In this document: positions 26,987 to 37,434 of the stretch, piece after piece
Layout of the letters: each line of letters starts with the position of its first letter
How positions within the stretch are numbered: position 1 is the stretch's first letter
Assembly: GCA_030157755.1 (NCBI GenBank)
Contig: JAOAUD010000148.1
Location: forward strand, 1 to 42,779
Direction of reading: 5' to 3'
Length of the DNA stretch: 42,779 nucleotides
From: Candidatus Nanopelagicales bacterium
Lineage (GTDB): Bacteria; Actinomycetota; Actinomycetes; S36-B12; UBA10799
The notes under the pieces: generated by a model
Told to the model about the DNA's origin: nothing
Database searches by the model: none
The model's input: the letters and a program-made list of their open reading frames with translations, nothing else
Program-made: the position numbers and the translations under genes

Positions 26987-28346
26987 CGTGCACCTCCTCG
27001 GACGAAATCGTCTTTGATCCACCGTCGCCGGTTGTTGCCCCTACATCTGCCACCACAGTCCGGCGGGCAGGACGGTACTCCTGTCCGGGTAGTGGAGGCA
27101 CCGGGAAACCGCCGCGGTTCGGCTTGAATTTCTCTGGGATCACGTTCTCCGCCAGGTTTTTCGCTCTGCGCTTCTTGACATTTGCCCCAAGAATCCACAG
27201 GACGGCCACCGTGAGGATGATTCCAGCGGTAATGGAAAGCGGTGTCGGAGTGAGTCCTTGCTCCTGGCTGACACCCCGGATGATGGCGATGATCAAGATC
27301 CACAATACGGAGATCGGGATCAGGACCTTCCAACCAAATCGCATGAACTGGTCGTAGCGGAAGCGAGGCAACGTACCGCGCAGCCAGATGAAGATGAAGA
27401 TGAAGATGAAGACCTTCAAGAAGAACCAGATCATCGGGTACCAGCCCTCGTTGGCACCACTCCAGATCGAGATGGGCCATGGGGCTCGCCAGCCACCGAG
27501 GAACAACGTGACCGCGACCGCTGAAACCGTCACCATGTTGATGTACTCAGCCAAGAAGAACAGAGCGAACTTCATCGTTGAGTACTCGGTGTGGAAGCCA
27601 CCGACGAGCTCCGATTCGGCCTCAGGAAGGTCGAACGGTGCCCGGTTGGTTTCGCCGACCATCGCCGTGGCGTAGATCAAGAAGCTCGGCAACACGAGCA
27701 ATCCGAACCACAAGTCGGTTTGGCCGTTGACGATGCTCGAGGTGGACATGGTTCCGGCGAAAAGGAACACGGCAACGAAGCTCAGGCCCATCGCAATTTC
27801 GTAGGAAATCATCTGGGCACTCGAACGCAGACCACCAAGCAGCGGATACGTCGAGCCAGATGCCCAACCGGAAAGCACCACACCGTAGATGCCGATGGAG
27901 GCAATCGCCAGGATATAGAGCACGGCCACCGGGAAGTCTGTGAGCTGCAGTGGTGTCGTGTGACCAAAGATCGAGACCTCGGGTCCGAACGGAATAACGG
28001 CCCACGCCAGGTACGCGGGAACCACAGAGAGGATCGGCGCAAGGATGAAGACTGCCTTGTCTGCCGCAGTTGGGAAGATCTCTTCCTTGAACGCGAGCTT
28101 CATACCGTCCATAAGGGACTGAAGCAGACCAAACGGTCCGGTTCGGTTCGGGCCAATGCGCTGCTGCATGCGAGCAACAACGCGTCGTTCGAACCAAATC
28201 GTGAAGAGCACGACAACAACAAGAATGACGAAGATGCCGATCACCTTGAGGATGATCAGCCACACCGGGTCGAGCCCGAACCAGAGCAGGGTCTGCTCAT
28301 TGGAAGTAATCGGACTGCCAGCGGTCACGGGTGCTTGTTCGTTCAT
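26979..28346 (-). CDS. nuoH: NADH-quinone oxidoreductase subunit H
   Basis: 455 aa. [39 protein letters not shown] and [11 protein letters not shown] signatures. Its ATG overlaps the nuoG stop. Confidence 0.94.
   Translation of the reverse strand: MNEQAPVTAGSPITSNEQTLLWFGLDPVWLIILKVIGIFVILVVVVLFTIWFERRVVARMQQRIGPNRTGPFGLLQSLMDGMKLAFKEEIFPTAADKAVFILAPILSVVPAYLAWAVIPFGPEVSIFGHTTPLQLTDFPVAVLYILAIASIGIYGVVLSGWASGSTYPLLGGLRSSAQMISYEIAMGLSFVAVFLFAGTMSTSSIVNGQTDLWFGLLVLPSFLIYATAMVGETNRAPFDLPEAESELVGGFHTEYSTMKFALFFLAEYINMVTVSAVAVTLFLGGWRAPWPISIWSGANEGWYPMIWFFLKVFIFIFIFIWLRGTLPRFRYDQFMRFGWKVLIPISVLWILIIAIIRGVSQEQGLTPTPLSITAGIILTVAVLWILGANVKKRRAKNLAENVIPEKFKPNRGGFPVPPLPGQEYRPARRTVVADVGATTGDGGSKTISSEEVHGG
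27387..27412 (-). repeat. Hexanucleotide tandem repeat (GATGAA)x4.3 inside nuoH, encoding FIFIFIFI
   Basis: Plus strand gatgaagatgaagatgaagatgaaga. On the coding strand it reads (TTCATC)n = (Phe-Ile)4, just upstream of the conserved [13 protein letters not shown]. Confidence 0.9.
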
Positions 28347-30952
28347 GCTTGACCCCCACGGGCAATCGACACAACGGTTCCGGGCACGACGCTCAGCGAT
28401 GCGTTAACCGCAGATCCGGGTGAGTTCCCGGGAACCCACACGACGCCGTCGGGCATGTCAGTAATGACAAGTGGCAGCGTGATAGATCCGGACTCAGAAC
28501 TGACAGTTACGTCTTCGGCATCGGAGACCCCGATTCCTGCGGCAGTGGCGGCCGACAGTCGCACGACCGATGGACGCTGTGTCGCAGCAAGGTATTGCTC
28601 GCCTGCCTGCAAGATGCCCAGATCGAGCAAGTGCCGCCAACTCGCGAGCAGTGCCTGCCCGGATCCCGGCGTTGCGGCAACGGGTGCAGTTACTGCTGGC
28701 GGCACTGGTCGAGTCCCGGAGTAGAACCCGAGCCCGTCGATCTCGCGACGGATTGCATTGGAATCCTCGGTTGCGATCGGGCGGTCGAGTTCGTCGGCGA
28801 TCATGGCAAGAACACGGCCGTCAGTCAGCGTGGTTGCGTCCCGCAGCACCTTGCCGAAGGGTCGGATTCGACCCTCCCAGTTCACGTATGAACCGCTGCG
28901 TTCAGTGTCGACCGAAACCGGGAAGACGACGTCAGCGTAGGCATCGACGCCCGCCAGACGAGTCTCCAAGCTGATGACAACGTCGGCTTCCTTCAGTGCC
29001 AGCCGGAACGCTTCCGGATCCGGCATGTCGTTGATCTCGACGCCGCCAATGACCAGGCCGGAGATTCTCGGTTCCGGCTCCTCAATGATGGCTTCAAAGT
29101 TCGGATCCTCGGCGGCTGCATCTGCCGCGTCGCCGGGCTCATCGTCGGCCGCTGCTGCAGACTCGACGGCGGTCTCAGCGATGATGAGCGCGTCGTCTTC
29201 CTCAGTCCCCGGTGCAGGCTCTTCGTCGACAACCGGAGGCGTCAGAAGTGCTTCGATGATGCCCGCGGCCTGCAATCCAGGTTCGGCAGGCAGATCGGCT
29301 TCATCGATGCCCCATGCTGCGGCAACCTCGGCACGCGCGCCTGAATCGGTGATCGGGCGACCTCCGGGCAGGACGCCAGCGAGCGCTCCTGCATCCAAGG
29401 CTCCCCGTTCCCCGGCCCGACGTGGAATCCAACTGAGCGAGGCGCCAGTTTCCCCAGCGAGCTTGACCGCCGCAGAAATCCCACCCAAGTTCGCTGCCAG
29501 CCGCTCTCCCACGAGGATGACCGCACCCGGCTCGCGCAGGGCGTCAGCGACAGATGCCGCTGCTTCGGAAAGTGATCCAGCCTTTGCCCCGAGCGCGGCG
29601 AGCACTTCAGCCTCAGCGCCAGGTGCGGCGGCCAGGACGGTTCCGCCGGTCTTTGCAAATCCGGGGCTCGCCCACGACGAAATCGCCGCAACCTTGGCGG
29701 TACCCGCCAAGACAGCCTTGCGCAGCCTCAGGAAAACAATGGGCGACTCTTCTTCTGGTTCGATTCCGACCAGCAGAACGATTGGCGCCTTCTCGATGTC
29801 CGCGTAGCTCAGCCCAAGGCCGGTACCAGCAACGTGGGCGGCGAGGAATTCGGCTTCTTCGGTCGACGCTGCGCGAGCCCGGAAGTCGATGTCGTCGCTG
29901 CCAAGTGCAACCCGCGCGAACTTCGCGTAGGCGTAGGCATCCTCACGCGTCAGGCGACCGCCGGTGAGCACGCCCACCTTGCCATGGACTTCGGCCAGCT
30001 TGGCGGCAGCGAAGTTGATCGCCTCCGGCCAGCTGGCAGGAACCAAGTCGCCTTCTTCGTCGCGAATCAGCGGGTGGGTGAGGCGATCGTCTGTCAGGTA
30101 GCGGAAGGCAAAGCGACCCTTGTCGCAGTTCCAATCCTCGTTGACCTCGTAGTCCTCAAGTGCCAAGCGACGCTGGACCTTGTTACGACGATCGTCGGTT
30201 CGCAATCCACAGCCTGAGGCGCAGTGCTCACAGGTCGTCGGCGTCGAAACCAAGTCAAATGGCCGCGCCTTGAACCGGTAATCCGCACTCGTCAACGCGC
30301 CGACTGGGCAGATCTGAACGGTGTTGCCGGAGAAGTAGGAATCGAACGGTTGATCCTCGGCGGTTCCCACCTGCTGCTTGGCTCCGCGTTCGAGCAATTC
30401 GATGAAGGGATCACCGGCGATCTCGTCAGCGAACCGGGTGCAGCGGGCACAGGAGACGCAGCGCTCTCGGTCCAGCAGGATCTGGGCGGAAACATTGATC
30501 GGCTTGGGGAACGTTCGCTTGACGCCCTCAAACCGCGATTCCGCGTGTCCAGCGGTCATTGCCTGGTTCTGCAACGGGCATTCGCCGCCCTTGTCACAGA
30601 CGGGGCAGTCGAGTGGGTGGTTGATGAGGAGGAACTCCATGACACCGCGCTGAGCGGTATCGGCAACCTCGGATGTCATCTGAGTCTTGATGATCATTTT
30701 GTCGCCAACGGCGACGGCACACGCAGGCTGAGGCTTCGGCTGCCCCTCGATCTCCACGAGGCACATCCGGCACGCGGCAACCGGGCTCAACAGCGGGTGG
30801 TCGCAGAAGCGAGGCACCTCGATGCCGAGCTGCTCAGCGGCGCGAATGATCAGCGTTCCCTTCGGAACACTCACGTCGATACCGTCGATCGTGCACGTCA
30901 CAAGTTCAACGGGAGGCGAGGCCTGCCCACTTGCTGTCGTGGTCACGGTCAT
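28343..30952 (-). CDS. nuoG: NADH-quinone oxidoreductase subunit G (75-kDa FeS / molybdopterin-like subunit)
   Basis: 869 aa. N-terminal 2Fe-2S and 4Fe-4S cysteine patterns (CRMCLVEIEG, HPLDCPVCDKGGECPLQ, CVSCARCTRF), then a molybdopterin-oxidoreductase-like domain. Confidence 0.94.
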   Translation of the reverse strand: MTVTTTASGQASPPVELVTCTIDGIDVSVPKGTLIIRAAEQLGIEVPRFCDHPLLSPVAACRMCLVEIEGQPKPQPACAVAVGDKMIIKTQMTSEVADTAQRGVMEFLLINHPLDCPVCDKGGECPLQNQAMTAGHAESRFEGVKRTFPKPINVSAQILLDRERCVSCARCTRFADEIAGDPFIELLERGAKQQVGTAEDQPFDSYFSGNTVQICPVGALTSADYRFKARPFDLVSTPTTCEHCASGCGLRTDDRRNKVQRRLALEDYEVNEDWNCDKGRFAFRYLTDDRLTHPLIRDEEGDLVPASWPEAINFAAAKLAEVHGKVGVLTGGRLTREDAYAYAKFARVALGSDDIDFRARAASTEEAEFLAAHVAGTGLGLSYADIEKAPIVLLVGIEPEEESPIVFLRLRKAVLAGTAKVAAISSWASPGFAKTGGTVLAAAPGAEAEVLAALGAKAGSLSEAAASVADALREPGAVILVGERLAANLGGISAAVKLAGETGASLSWIPRRAGERGALDAGALAGVLPGGRPITDSGARAEVAAAWGIDEADLPAEPGLQAAGIIEALLTPPVVDEEPAPGTEEDDALIIAETAVESAAAADDEPGDAADAAAEDPNFEAIIEEPEPRISGLVIGGVEINDMPDPEAFRLALKEADVVISLETRLAGVDAYADVVFPVSVDTERSGSYVNWEGRIRPFGKVLRDATTLTDGRVLAMIADELDRPIATEDSNAIRREIDGLGFYSGTRPVPPAVTAPVAATPGSGQALLASWRHLLDLGILQAGEQYLAATQRPSVVRLSAATAAGIGVSDAEDVTVSSESGSITLPLVITDMPDGVVWVPGNSPGSAVNASLSVVPGTVVSIARGGQA

Positions 30953-32253
30953 GAGGTCTTCACCCCCGAGAACACAACTGATGCGGCTGGATCGAATAGG
31001 TCGTCGGCGGCAGTGTGCGTGCCCGCCTCGAACTCACTGCGGAAGAGGTTGAGCGCCTGCGGGTATGGCGTTGCGGCAGCATCGCCAAGCGCGCAGAAGG
31101 AACGGCCGAGGATCTGGGCGCACAACTCGTTGAGAGTCGCGAGGTCTTCGGTCTTGCCCGTGCCGGACTTGAGGTTGTGCAACAGCTGGTCGATCCACCA
31201 CGTGCCTTCCCGGCACGGCGTGCACTTGCCGCAGGATTCGTGCTTGTAGAAATCAAGCCAGCCGGTGATTGCGCGAACCACTGAGACGGTCTCGTCGAAC
31301 ACCATCGGCGTCGCAGTTCCCAGCATCGTGCCGACGGCTTCCATGCCTTCGTACGAAAGCTCTGCGTCGAGGTGGTCTTCGGTCAGCATCGGAACAGACG
31401 ATCCGCCAACCACGAAGAACTTCAAGTTGTGGCCATCGCGGATTCCGCCGGCGTAACCGAGCAGTTCGCGCATGGTGATGCCCAGCGGCGCTTCGAAGAT
31501 TCCGGGGTTGTTCACGTGACCGGAGACCGCAAACACCTTGATGCCCTTGGACTTTTCGGTGCCGTACGAGGCGTACCAATCGCCACCGTTGCGAATGATC
31601 GCTGGAACGCTCGCGATGGTCTCAACGTTGTTGACGACGGTCGGGCAGGCATACAAACCGGCCACTGCGGGGAATGGCGGCTTCAGACGTGGCTGCCCGC
31701 GCATGCCTTCGAGCGAACTGAGCAGCGCGGTTTCTTCACCACAGATGTACGCACCAGCACCACCGTGCACGGTGATGTCGAGGTCGAATCCTGAGCCGAG
31801 GATGTTCTTGCCGAGGTAACCGTTGTCGTACGCATCGCGAACTGCAGCGTGCATGCGTCGAATGACGTGCGGGACTTCACCGCGAATGTAGACGAAAGCG
31901 TGATTTGCGCGAATCGCATACGACGCAATGATCATGCCTTCAATCAGGTGCTGCGAGCTCGCGAGCATCAGCGGGATGTCCTTGCAGGCACCCGGCTCAG
32001 ACTCATCAGCGTTCACAACCAAGTAGTGCGGCTTGCCGTCACCTTGCGGAACGAAGCTCCACTTCATGCCAGTGGGGAATCCAGCGCCACCACGGCCACG
32101 CAGCCCAGACTCTTTGAGCTCGCCAATGATTGCGTCGGGATCCATCTCCAGCGCCTTGCGAAGTGCCTGGTATCCGTAGTGCCGCTCGTAACCGGCGACG
32201 GTGTAGGAGTCCGGCTCATCCCAGTGGGCGGTGAGGTTCGGGGTCAGTGCCAT
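30949..32253 (-). CDS. nuoF: NADH-quinone oxidoreductase subunit F (NADH/FMN-binding)
   Basis: 434 aa. GLRGRGGAGFPTGMKW, ESEPG, and N3 cluster cysteines ESCGKCTPCREG. Confidence 0.95.
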   Translation of the reverse strand: MALTPNLTAHWDEPDSYTVAGYERHYGYQALRKALEMDPDAIIGELKESGLRGRGGAGFPTGMKWSFVPQGDGKPHYLVVNADESEPGACKDIPLMLASSQHLIEGMIIASYAIRANHAFVYIRGEVPHVIRRMHAAVRDAYDNGYLGKNILGSGFDLDITVHGGAGAYICGEETALLSSLEGMRGQPRLKPPFPAVAGLYACPTVVNNVETIASVPAIIRNGGDWYASYGTEKSKGIKVFAVSGHVNNPGIFEAPLGITMRELLGYAGGIRDGHNLKFFVVGGSSVPMLTEDHLDAELSYEGMEAVGTMLGTATPMVFDETVSVVRAITGWLDFYKHESCGKCTPCREGTWWIDQLLHNLKSGTGKTEDLATLNELCAQILGRSFCALGDAAATPYPQALNLFRSEFEAGTHTAADDLFDPAASVVFSGVKTS

Positions 32254-32906
32254 TACTTGCCACCCCCATCAACTGCAGGCATCCCTTGTTCCTTCGCAAC
32301 AGTGAGGCCGCGCAACATGACGGCATCTGCGTTGTTGGAGCCGGATTCAGCGAGCCCGTCATCCATACCGGCGATCGCGCGCTCTGACGCACGGAATCCC
32401 TGAACTTCGGGGCCACGCGTTGACTTCACGGGCTCGCCCTTGCGCAGTTTGTCGACGACGTCGCGCATCTTGTCGACCGTCATGTCATCCATGAACTCCC
32501 AGTCAACCGTGGTCGATGGGGCGTAGGTACATGCTGCCTGGCATTCGATGCGTTCGATGGTGATCTTGCCGTCTTCGGTGGTTTCGTCGTTACCAATGCC
32601 GAGGTCGTTGGACAAGGCATCGAAGATCGCTTCTCCACCGAGGATGCCGCACTGCGGGTTCACACAAACACCGATGTGGTGCTGGCCAACCGGACGACGC
32701 TTGTACATCGTGTAGAAGCTCGCGACCCCGGCAACCTCTGCGGGACTGAGCCCGACGATCTCAGCGCACAGTTCGATGCCCTCGGGGGAAACGTAACCCT
32801 CTTCCGACTGCACCAAGTGCAGCATCGGGTTGAGCGCAGAGCGCGGCTGCGGGTACCGCTTCACGATCTCTTCAAGCTCGGCTCGGGTTGATTCCGTTAG
32901 CGCCAT
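32253..32906 (-). CDS. nuoE: NADH-quinone oxidoreductase subunit E (2Fe-2S)
   Basis: 217 aa. YPQPRSALNPMLHLVQ, with Cys ligands in the GVCVNPQCGILGG and IECQAACTYAP contexts. Confidence 0.93.
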   Translation of the reverse strand: MALTESTRAELEEIVKRYPQPRSALNPMLHLVQSEEGYVSPEGIELCAEIVGLSPAEVAGVASFYTMYKRRPVGQHHIGVCVNPQCGILGGEAIFDALSNDLGIGNDETTEDGKITIERIECQAACTYAPSTTVDWEFMDDMTVDKMRDVVDKLRKGEPVKSTRGPEVQGFRASERAIAGMDDGLAESGSNNADAVMLRGLTVAKEQGMPAVDGGGK

Positions 32907-34264
32907 CAGCGATCCACCCCGCCCATCACTGGGTCAATACTCGAGATTGCCGCGACGACGTCACTGAGCAGTCCGCCCTCGGTCATCGCTGCAATCGACT
33001 GCAGGTTCGTGAAGCTTGGGTCGCGCATGTGCGCGCGGTAGGGCCGAGTACCGCCGTCACTGACCAAGTGCATTCCGAGCTCACCCTTGGCGGACTCGAC
33101 TGCTGCGTAGACCTGGCCCTGCGGAACCTGGAAGCCTTCGGTCACCAACTTGAAATGATGGATCAAGGCCTCCATCGAGGTGCCCATGATCTCCTTGATG
33201 TGCTCTGGGCTGTTGCCCTGGCCATCTGGACCAATCGTCAACCGAGCCGGCCAGGCGATCTTCTTGTCCTCAATAAAGACCGGACCCGGCTCCAACTTGT
33301 CGAGACACTGCTCGACGATGTTGATCGACTGTTCGATTTCGGCGAGCCGGATCAGGAAGCGGCCGTACACATCGCACGTGGTTGCTGTTGGAATGTCGAA
33401 TTCGTAGTTCTCGAATCCGCAGTAGGGGTCGGCCTTGCGCAGATCCCACGGCAATCCGGTCGAGCGCAAGATCGGGCCAGTGATTCCCAGCGCCATACAT
33501 CCAGCCAGGTCGAGGTAGCCGACGCCCTGCGTGCGGCCCAACCAGATCGCGTTGTCGACGAGCAGGTTGTGCACATCAGAGGCACGTTCCCGAAGGATCT
33601 TGATCGCTGCGACGATGTCCTTCTCGATGCCCTTGGGCAAGTCGTGCGAAATACCGCCGGGTCGGATGTACGCGTGGTTCATGCGAACGCCGGTGATCGA
33701 CTCGAACAAGTCCAACACGAACTCGCGGTCGCGGAATCCGATGGTCATACCGGTCAAAGCGCCCAGTTCCATACCGCCGGTGGCGATGGCAACCATGTGT
33801 GACGAGATCCGGGAAAGTTCCGACATCATCACGCGAATGACGTTGGCGCGGTCGGTGATCTGATCCTCGATGCCGAGCAACTTCTCAACGCCGAGTGCGT
33901 AGACCAACTCGTTGTGCAGTCCGGCCACGTAATCCATGCGGGTAACGAAGGTCGAGCCCTGGGTCCAGGTCCGGTATTCCATGTTCTTCTCGATACCGGT
34001 GTGCAGGTAGCCGATGGCGGCCCGCACGCTTTCGACAGCTTCTCCGTCAAGCTCAACGATCAGGCGCAGCACTCCGTGGGTGGAGGGGTGCTGCGGGCCC
34101 ATGTTGACGATCAGGCGGTCCTTCTCGCCTTCCGGCGGCGCGAGGACGGTGTCCCAGTCATTGCCCTGGACGTTGTAGACCGTGTCGCCCTCACTCGTCC
34201 GGTACGGATCTGACTGAATGTCCTCAGATTCGTCGGCAGTGCTGGTGTATGTGGTGTCGCTCAT
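32906..34264 (-). CDS. nuoD: NADH-quinone oxidoreductase subunit D
   Basis: [14 protein letters not shown] and a C-terminal [18 protein letters not shown] signature. The ATG at 34262-34264 overlaps the nuoC TAA by 1 nt; an alternative GTG lies at 34276. Confidence 0.94.
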   Translation of the reverse strand: MSDTTYTSTADESEDIQSDPYRTSEGDTVYNVQGNDWDTVLAPPEGEKDRLIVNMGPQHPSTHGVLRLIVELDGEAVESVRAAIGYLHTGIEKNMEYRTWTQGSTFVTRMDYVAGLHNELVYALGVEKLLGIEDQITDRANVIRVMMSELSRISSHMVAIATGGMELGALTGMTIGFRDREFVLDLFESITGVRMNHAYIRPGGISHDLPKGIEKDIVAAIKILRERASDVHNLLVDNAIWLGRTQGVGYLDLAGCMALGITGPILRSTGLPWDLRKADPYCGFENYEFDIPTATTCDVYGRFLIRLAEIEQSINIVEQCLDKLEPGPVFIEDKKIAWPARLTIGPDGQGNSPEHIKEIMGTSMEALIHHFKLVTEGFQVPQGQVYAAVESAKGELGMHLVSDGGTRPYRAHMRDPSFTNLQSIAAMTEGGLLSDVVAAISSIDPVMGGVDR

Positions 34265-34998
34265 TAGCTGTACCACCTTCGTTCATCTGGTGGCGGCGTT
34301 ACCGCGCCCTTGTATTCGACTGGAATCCCGCCGAGCGGGTAGTCCTTGCGCTGCGGATGCCCCGGCCAATCGTCGGGCATCTGGATCCGTGTCAGGTAAG
34401 GGTGACCGTCGAAGATCACGCCGAAGAAGTCGAATGCCTCACGCTCGTGCCAGTCATTCGTCGGGTAGACCGAGGTCGCCGACGGCACGTGCGGATCCGA
34501 GTCTGGACAGGTCGTTTCGAGCGTGACGAACCTGTTGTGGGTCAAGGAACGCAGGTGATACACGACGTGGAGTTCGCGCCCGGCGTCGCCTGGCCAGTGA
34601 ACTCCCGAACAGCCCAGCGACATCTCGAATCGCAGCATCGGATCGTCGCGCAGCGCCTGGCACACGCTGACGAGGTGCTCGCGCTTGACATGAATAGTGA
34701 GTTGACCGCGATCGACCACGATCTTTTCGATCGCATCATTGAAGTCGGCGCCGAGTGCTGCTTGGAGGTCATCGGCGACCTCGTCGAAGTAGCCGCCGTA
34801 CGGGCGCTCGGAGGCACCTGGCAGGACAACCGTGGTGACAAGTCCGCCGTAGCCCGACACGTCGGGGCTGCCGTGCACACCGAACTGACCGAGGCGATGT
34901 TCGACGACCTCGGGAGGTGCGCTGATGTCCATGACAGGCAACTCAACAGCGGCCTCGGGAACAACGGGTTCTGATTCGGGGGTGGTTTCGTCGCTCAC
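34264..34998 (-). CDS. nuoC: NADH-quinone oxidoreductase subunit C
   Basis: 244 aa with a [23 protein letters not shown] core. It overlaps the nuoB stop by 4 nt. Confidence 0.93.
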   Translation of the reverse strand: MSDETTPESEPVVPEAAVELPVMDISAPPEVVEHRLGQFGVHGSPDVSGYGGLVTTVVLPGASERPYGGYFDEVADDLQAALGADFNDAIEKIVVDRGQLTIHVKREHLVSVCQALRDDPMLRFEMSLGCSGVHWPGDAGRELHVVYHLRSLTHNRFVTLETTCPDSDPHVPSATSVYPTNDWHEREAFDFFGVIFDGHPYLTRIQMPDDWPGHPQRKDYPLGGIPVEYKGAVTPPPDERRWYS

Positions 34999-35549
34999 CG
35001 CAGCAGACCCTTCATCTCGATCAGGGGCTCAGCCGTCAATGCCTTCTGCTCTGCGTCAGCGTCCGAAATGATGCGGTCCTTGCCGATCTTGGTGTGCTGG
35101 ATCTGGTTGTGCAGCTTGATGATCGCGTCAAGGAGCATCTCTGGCCGCGGCGGACAACCCGGAAGGTAGATGTCGACGGGCACGATGTGGTCGACGCCCT
35201 GGACGATCGCGTAGTTGTTGAACATTCCGCCCGACGATGCACACACACCCATCGAGATAACCCACTTCGGGCCAGGCATTTGGTCGTACACCTGGCGCAG
35301 GATTGGGGCCATCTTCTGGCTCACGCGGCCGGCGACGATCATGAGGTCGGCCTGGCGCGGCGAAGGTCGGAAGACCTCCATGCCGAAGCGGGCGAGGTCA
35401 TAACGACCGGCCCCAGTAGCCATCATCTCGATCGCGCAACACGCAAGTCCGAAGGTGACAGGCCACAGCGAACTCTTGGCCGCGTAGCCGTGAAATGCCT
35501 CGACGCTTGTCAGGAGGAATCCGCTCGGGATGTGCTCTTCTAAGCCCAT
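34995..35549 (-). CDS. nuoB: NADH-quinone oxidoreductase subunit B
   Basis: 184 aa. [19 protein letters not shown] and LPGCPPRPE (cluster N2 ligands). Confidence 0.95.
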   Translation of the reverse strand: MGLEEHIPSGFLLTSVEAFHGYAAKSSLWPVTFGLACCAIEMMATGAGRYDLARFGMEVFRPSPRQADLMIVAGRVSQKMAPILRQVYDQMPGPKWVISMGVCASSGGMFNNYAIVQGVDHIVPVDIYLPGCPPRPEMLLDAIIKLHNQIQHTKIGKDRIISDADAEQKALTAEPLIEMKGLLR

Positions 35550-35584
35550 GTCATGCCTGCTTTCAGCTGGTTCATTTCAGCCAC

Positions 35585-35950
35585 TCAGTCCCACTCAAGT
35601 CCGCCGCGGCGCCACACAAACGCGTAGACGCACAGCACGGTGACGATGAACAGAATCACTTCGACGACGGCGAAAAGTCCGAGGGCTTCGAATGAGACTG
35701 CCCACGGGTAGAGAAACACGATTTCGATGTCGAAAACGATGAACAACATCGCGGTCAAGTAGTACTTGATCGTGAAGTGACCGCCGCCGATCGGCTGGGG
35801 CGTCGGATCAATTCCACACTCATAGGCATCGCGCTTGGCGCGGTTGTAACGCTTCGGGCCGATGAGAGTCGCGAGCGTCACTGAAACGCAAGCGAAGAGG
35901 AAGGCCAGCAAACCGAGCGCAAAGATCGGTAAGTACGGGTTAGGCAGCAC
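35585..35950 (-). CDS. nuoA: NADH-quinone oxidoreductase subunit A
   Basis: 121 aa with three TM helices and YECG(I)DP / FDIEIVFLYPWA signatures. GTG start with GGACAGGAGG upstream. Confidence 0.93.
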   Translation of the reverse strand: MLPNPYLPIFALGLLAFLFACVSVTLATLIGPKRYNRAKRDAYECGIDPTPQPIGGGHFTIKYYLTAMLFIVFDIEIVFLYPWAVSFEALGLFAVVEVILFIVTVLCVYAFVWRRGGLEWD

Positions 35951-36061
35951 GTGAAGCCTCCTGTCCTTCCGATCCGATGGTTACGCGCTGGGATGCGCTG
36001 GCAATAGTAGGGAAGCCTCGGCGGTTTCTCCCGCTGGCAAGTGCGACTGTCACCCGAGAAT

Positions 36062-37363
36062 TCATGCGGACGGCGCAACCTTTGCTAGGGCGTTGATGAC
36101 GCGGTCTGTTGCGTCGCCCCCTCGTGGATCGGTCAGGTTCGCCAATAGCTTCAGCACGATCTTCATCAGGTTGGTATGCGGCAGGCCCTTCTGAGCGGCA
36201 ATTTGCATGACCCGTGGGTCACCGATCAGCTTCACGAAGTACCGACCGAGCGTGTAGTAGCCGCCGTAGGTGTCCTTGAGGATGCGCGGGTAGTCGAGCA
36301 GCGCGAGCTCACGTTGTGAGGCGGTATCGCGGGCAAGTGCCTGCACAATCACCTCTGCGGCGATCGAGGATGACTCCATCGCGTAGGCGATGCCCTCACC
36401 ATTGAAGGGGTTAACCATTCCGCCAGCGTCGCCAACAAGCAGCATCCCGCGCGTGTAGTGAGGCTGCCGGTTGAAGCCCATCGGAAGTGCTGCACCGCGA
36501 ATCGGCTGGGTCATGTTCTCGTCGACGAACCCACGCTCCGGCGGCAGTTGGGCGAGCCACCGGCGCAAGACATCCTTGTAGTCAACGTTTCCGAAGGACT
36601 TCGACGTGTTGAGCATGCCGAGCCCGACGTTGGACGTGCCGTCGCCCATGCCGAAAATCCACCCATAGCCGGGCAGCAGGTTCTCGCCGTCCCACAGCTC
36701 CAGCCAAGATTCCAGCCAGTCATCGTTGCTGTTCGGGTTCTTGTAGTAGGTCCGCACGGCTACACCCATCGGGCGGTCGTCGCGTTTGCCGAGTCCCATC
36801 GCCAGGCTCAAGCGCGTCGAATTCCCGTCGGCGGCGATTACCAAGCGTGACCGATATGAGACCTCGTCCCCGGATTGGCGGCCGCGTTCATCGACAGGTT
36901 TGGCTGTGACCCCGAGAATCCGGCCGCTTCGCTCATCGAGGATCGGGCCCGTGACATTCGTTCGTTCGCGAAGGTGTGCGCCAGCCTTAACGGCCTGGTT
37001 CGCGAGGATTTGGTCGAAGTCACTGCGGGGACGAACGAGCCCGTAGTCGGGGAAGCTCGATAGTTCCGGCCAGTGCAATTGCAGTTCGTGCCCGGCACCC
37101 ATGATTCGAAGGCCCTTGTTGTGCAGCCAACCGGCCTCGGTGGACACATCAATGCCCATATTCACGAGTTGTTTCACGGCGCGTGGGGTCAATCCGTCGC
37201 CGCACACCTTGTCGCGGGGGAACTCCGTCTTTTCCAGCAGGAGGACGTCGAGCCCGGCTTGCGCCAAGTGATACGCAGCGGTGGAGCCACCAGGCCCGGC
37301 GCCAACGATGATGACGTCTGCCTCAGCAGACGTCGGTGGTGCGGTAGCTGGGGTGGTAGTCAC
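36062..37363 (-). CDS. menJ: Geranylgeranyl reductase family flavoprotein (MenJ-like menaquinone side-chain reductase)
   Basis: 433 aa. VIIVGAGPGGSTAAY FAD motif and the GGR-family core (LVGDAGGMVNPFNGEGI). It sits between menG and nuoA, as mycobacterial menJ sits near menG and grcC1. The symbol is assigned by family and synteny only. Confidence 0.82.
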   Translation of the reverse strand: MTTTPATAPPTSAEADVIIVGAGPGGSTAAYHLAQAGLDVLLLEKTEFPRDKVCGDGLTPRAVKQLVNMGIDVSTEAGWLHNKGLRIMGAGHELQLHWPELSSFPDYGLVRPRSDFDQILANQAVKAGAHLRERTNVTGPILDERSGRILGVTAKPVDERGRQSGDEVSYRSRLVIAADGNSTRLSLAMGLGKRDDRPMGVAVRTYYKNPNSNDDWLESWLELWDGENLLPGYGWIFGMGDGTSNVGLGMLNTSKSFGNVDYKDVLRRWLAQLPPERGFVDENMTQPIRGAALPMGFNRQPHYTRGMLLVGDAGGMVNPFNGEGIAYAMESSSIAAEVIVQALARDTASQRELALLDYPRILKDTYGGYYTLGRYFVKLIGDPRVMQIAAQKGLPHTNLMKIVLKLLANLTDPRGGDATDRVINALAKVAPSA

Positions 37364-37405
37364 GGGCTTTCCTTAGTCGCTTTCGTGAGGTGAACTCGGC
37401 GGGGA

Positions 37406-37434
37406 AAACTACTCACTTCGTGCGCTTGTGAAAA
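37406..37434 (-). promoter_or_regulatory. Putative promoter of menJ (and possibly nuo): -10 TAGTTT, -35-like TTTTCA
   Basis: On the minus strand, TAGTTT (37411-37406) fits the TAnnnT form. TTTTCA lies 17 nt upstream (37434-37429). The -35 falls inside the Rex-like palindrome. This is inferred from sequence only. Confidence 0.3.

Noticed and set aside
28185-28192. GTTCGAAC palindrome and other TCGAAC occurrences, checked as possible actinobacterial SOS (LexA) boxes.
   Set aside because: None has the TCGAAC-N4-GTTCGA architecture. Most lie inside tRNA T-arms or coding sequence.
22449-34974. Many long plus-strand ORFs antisense to the nuo genes (e.g. 23438-24322, 27591-28352, 28974-29807, 30224-31249, 32888-33802, 34249-34974).
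   Set aside because: Antisense open frames are typical of GC-rich DNA. Their translations are Arg/Ser/Ala/His-rich with no recognisable motifs, while the minus-strand frames encode complete, conserved Nuo subunits with coupled start/stop overlaps.
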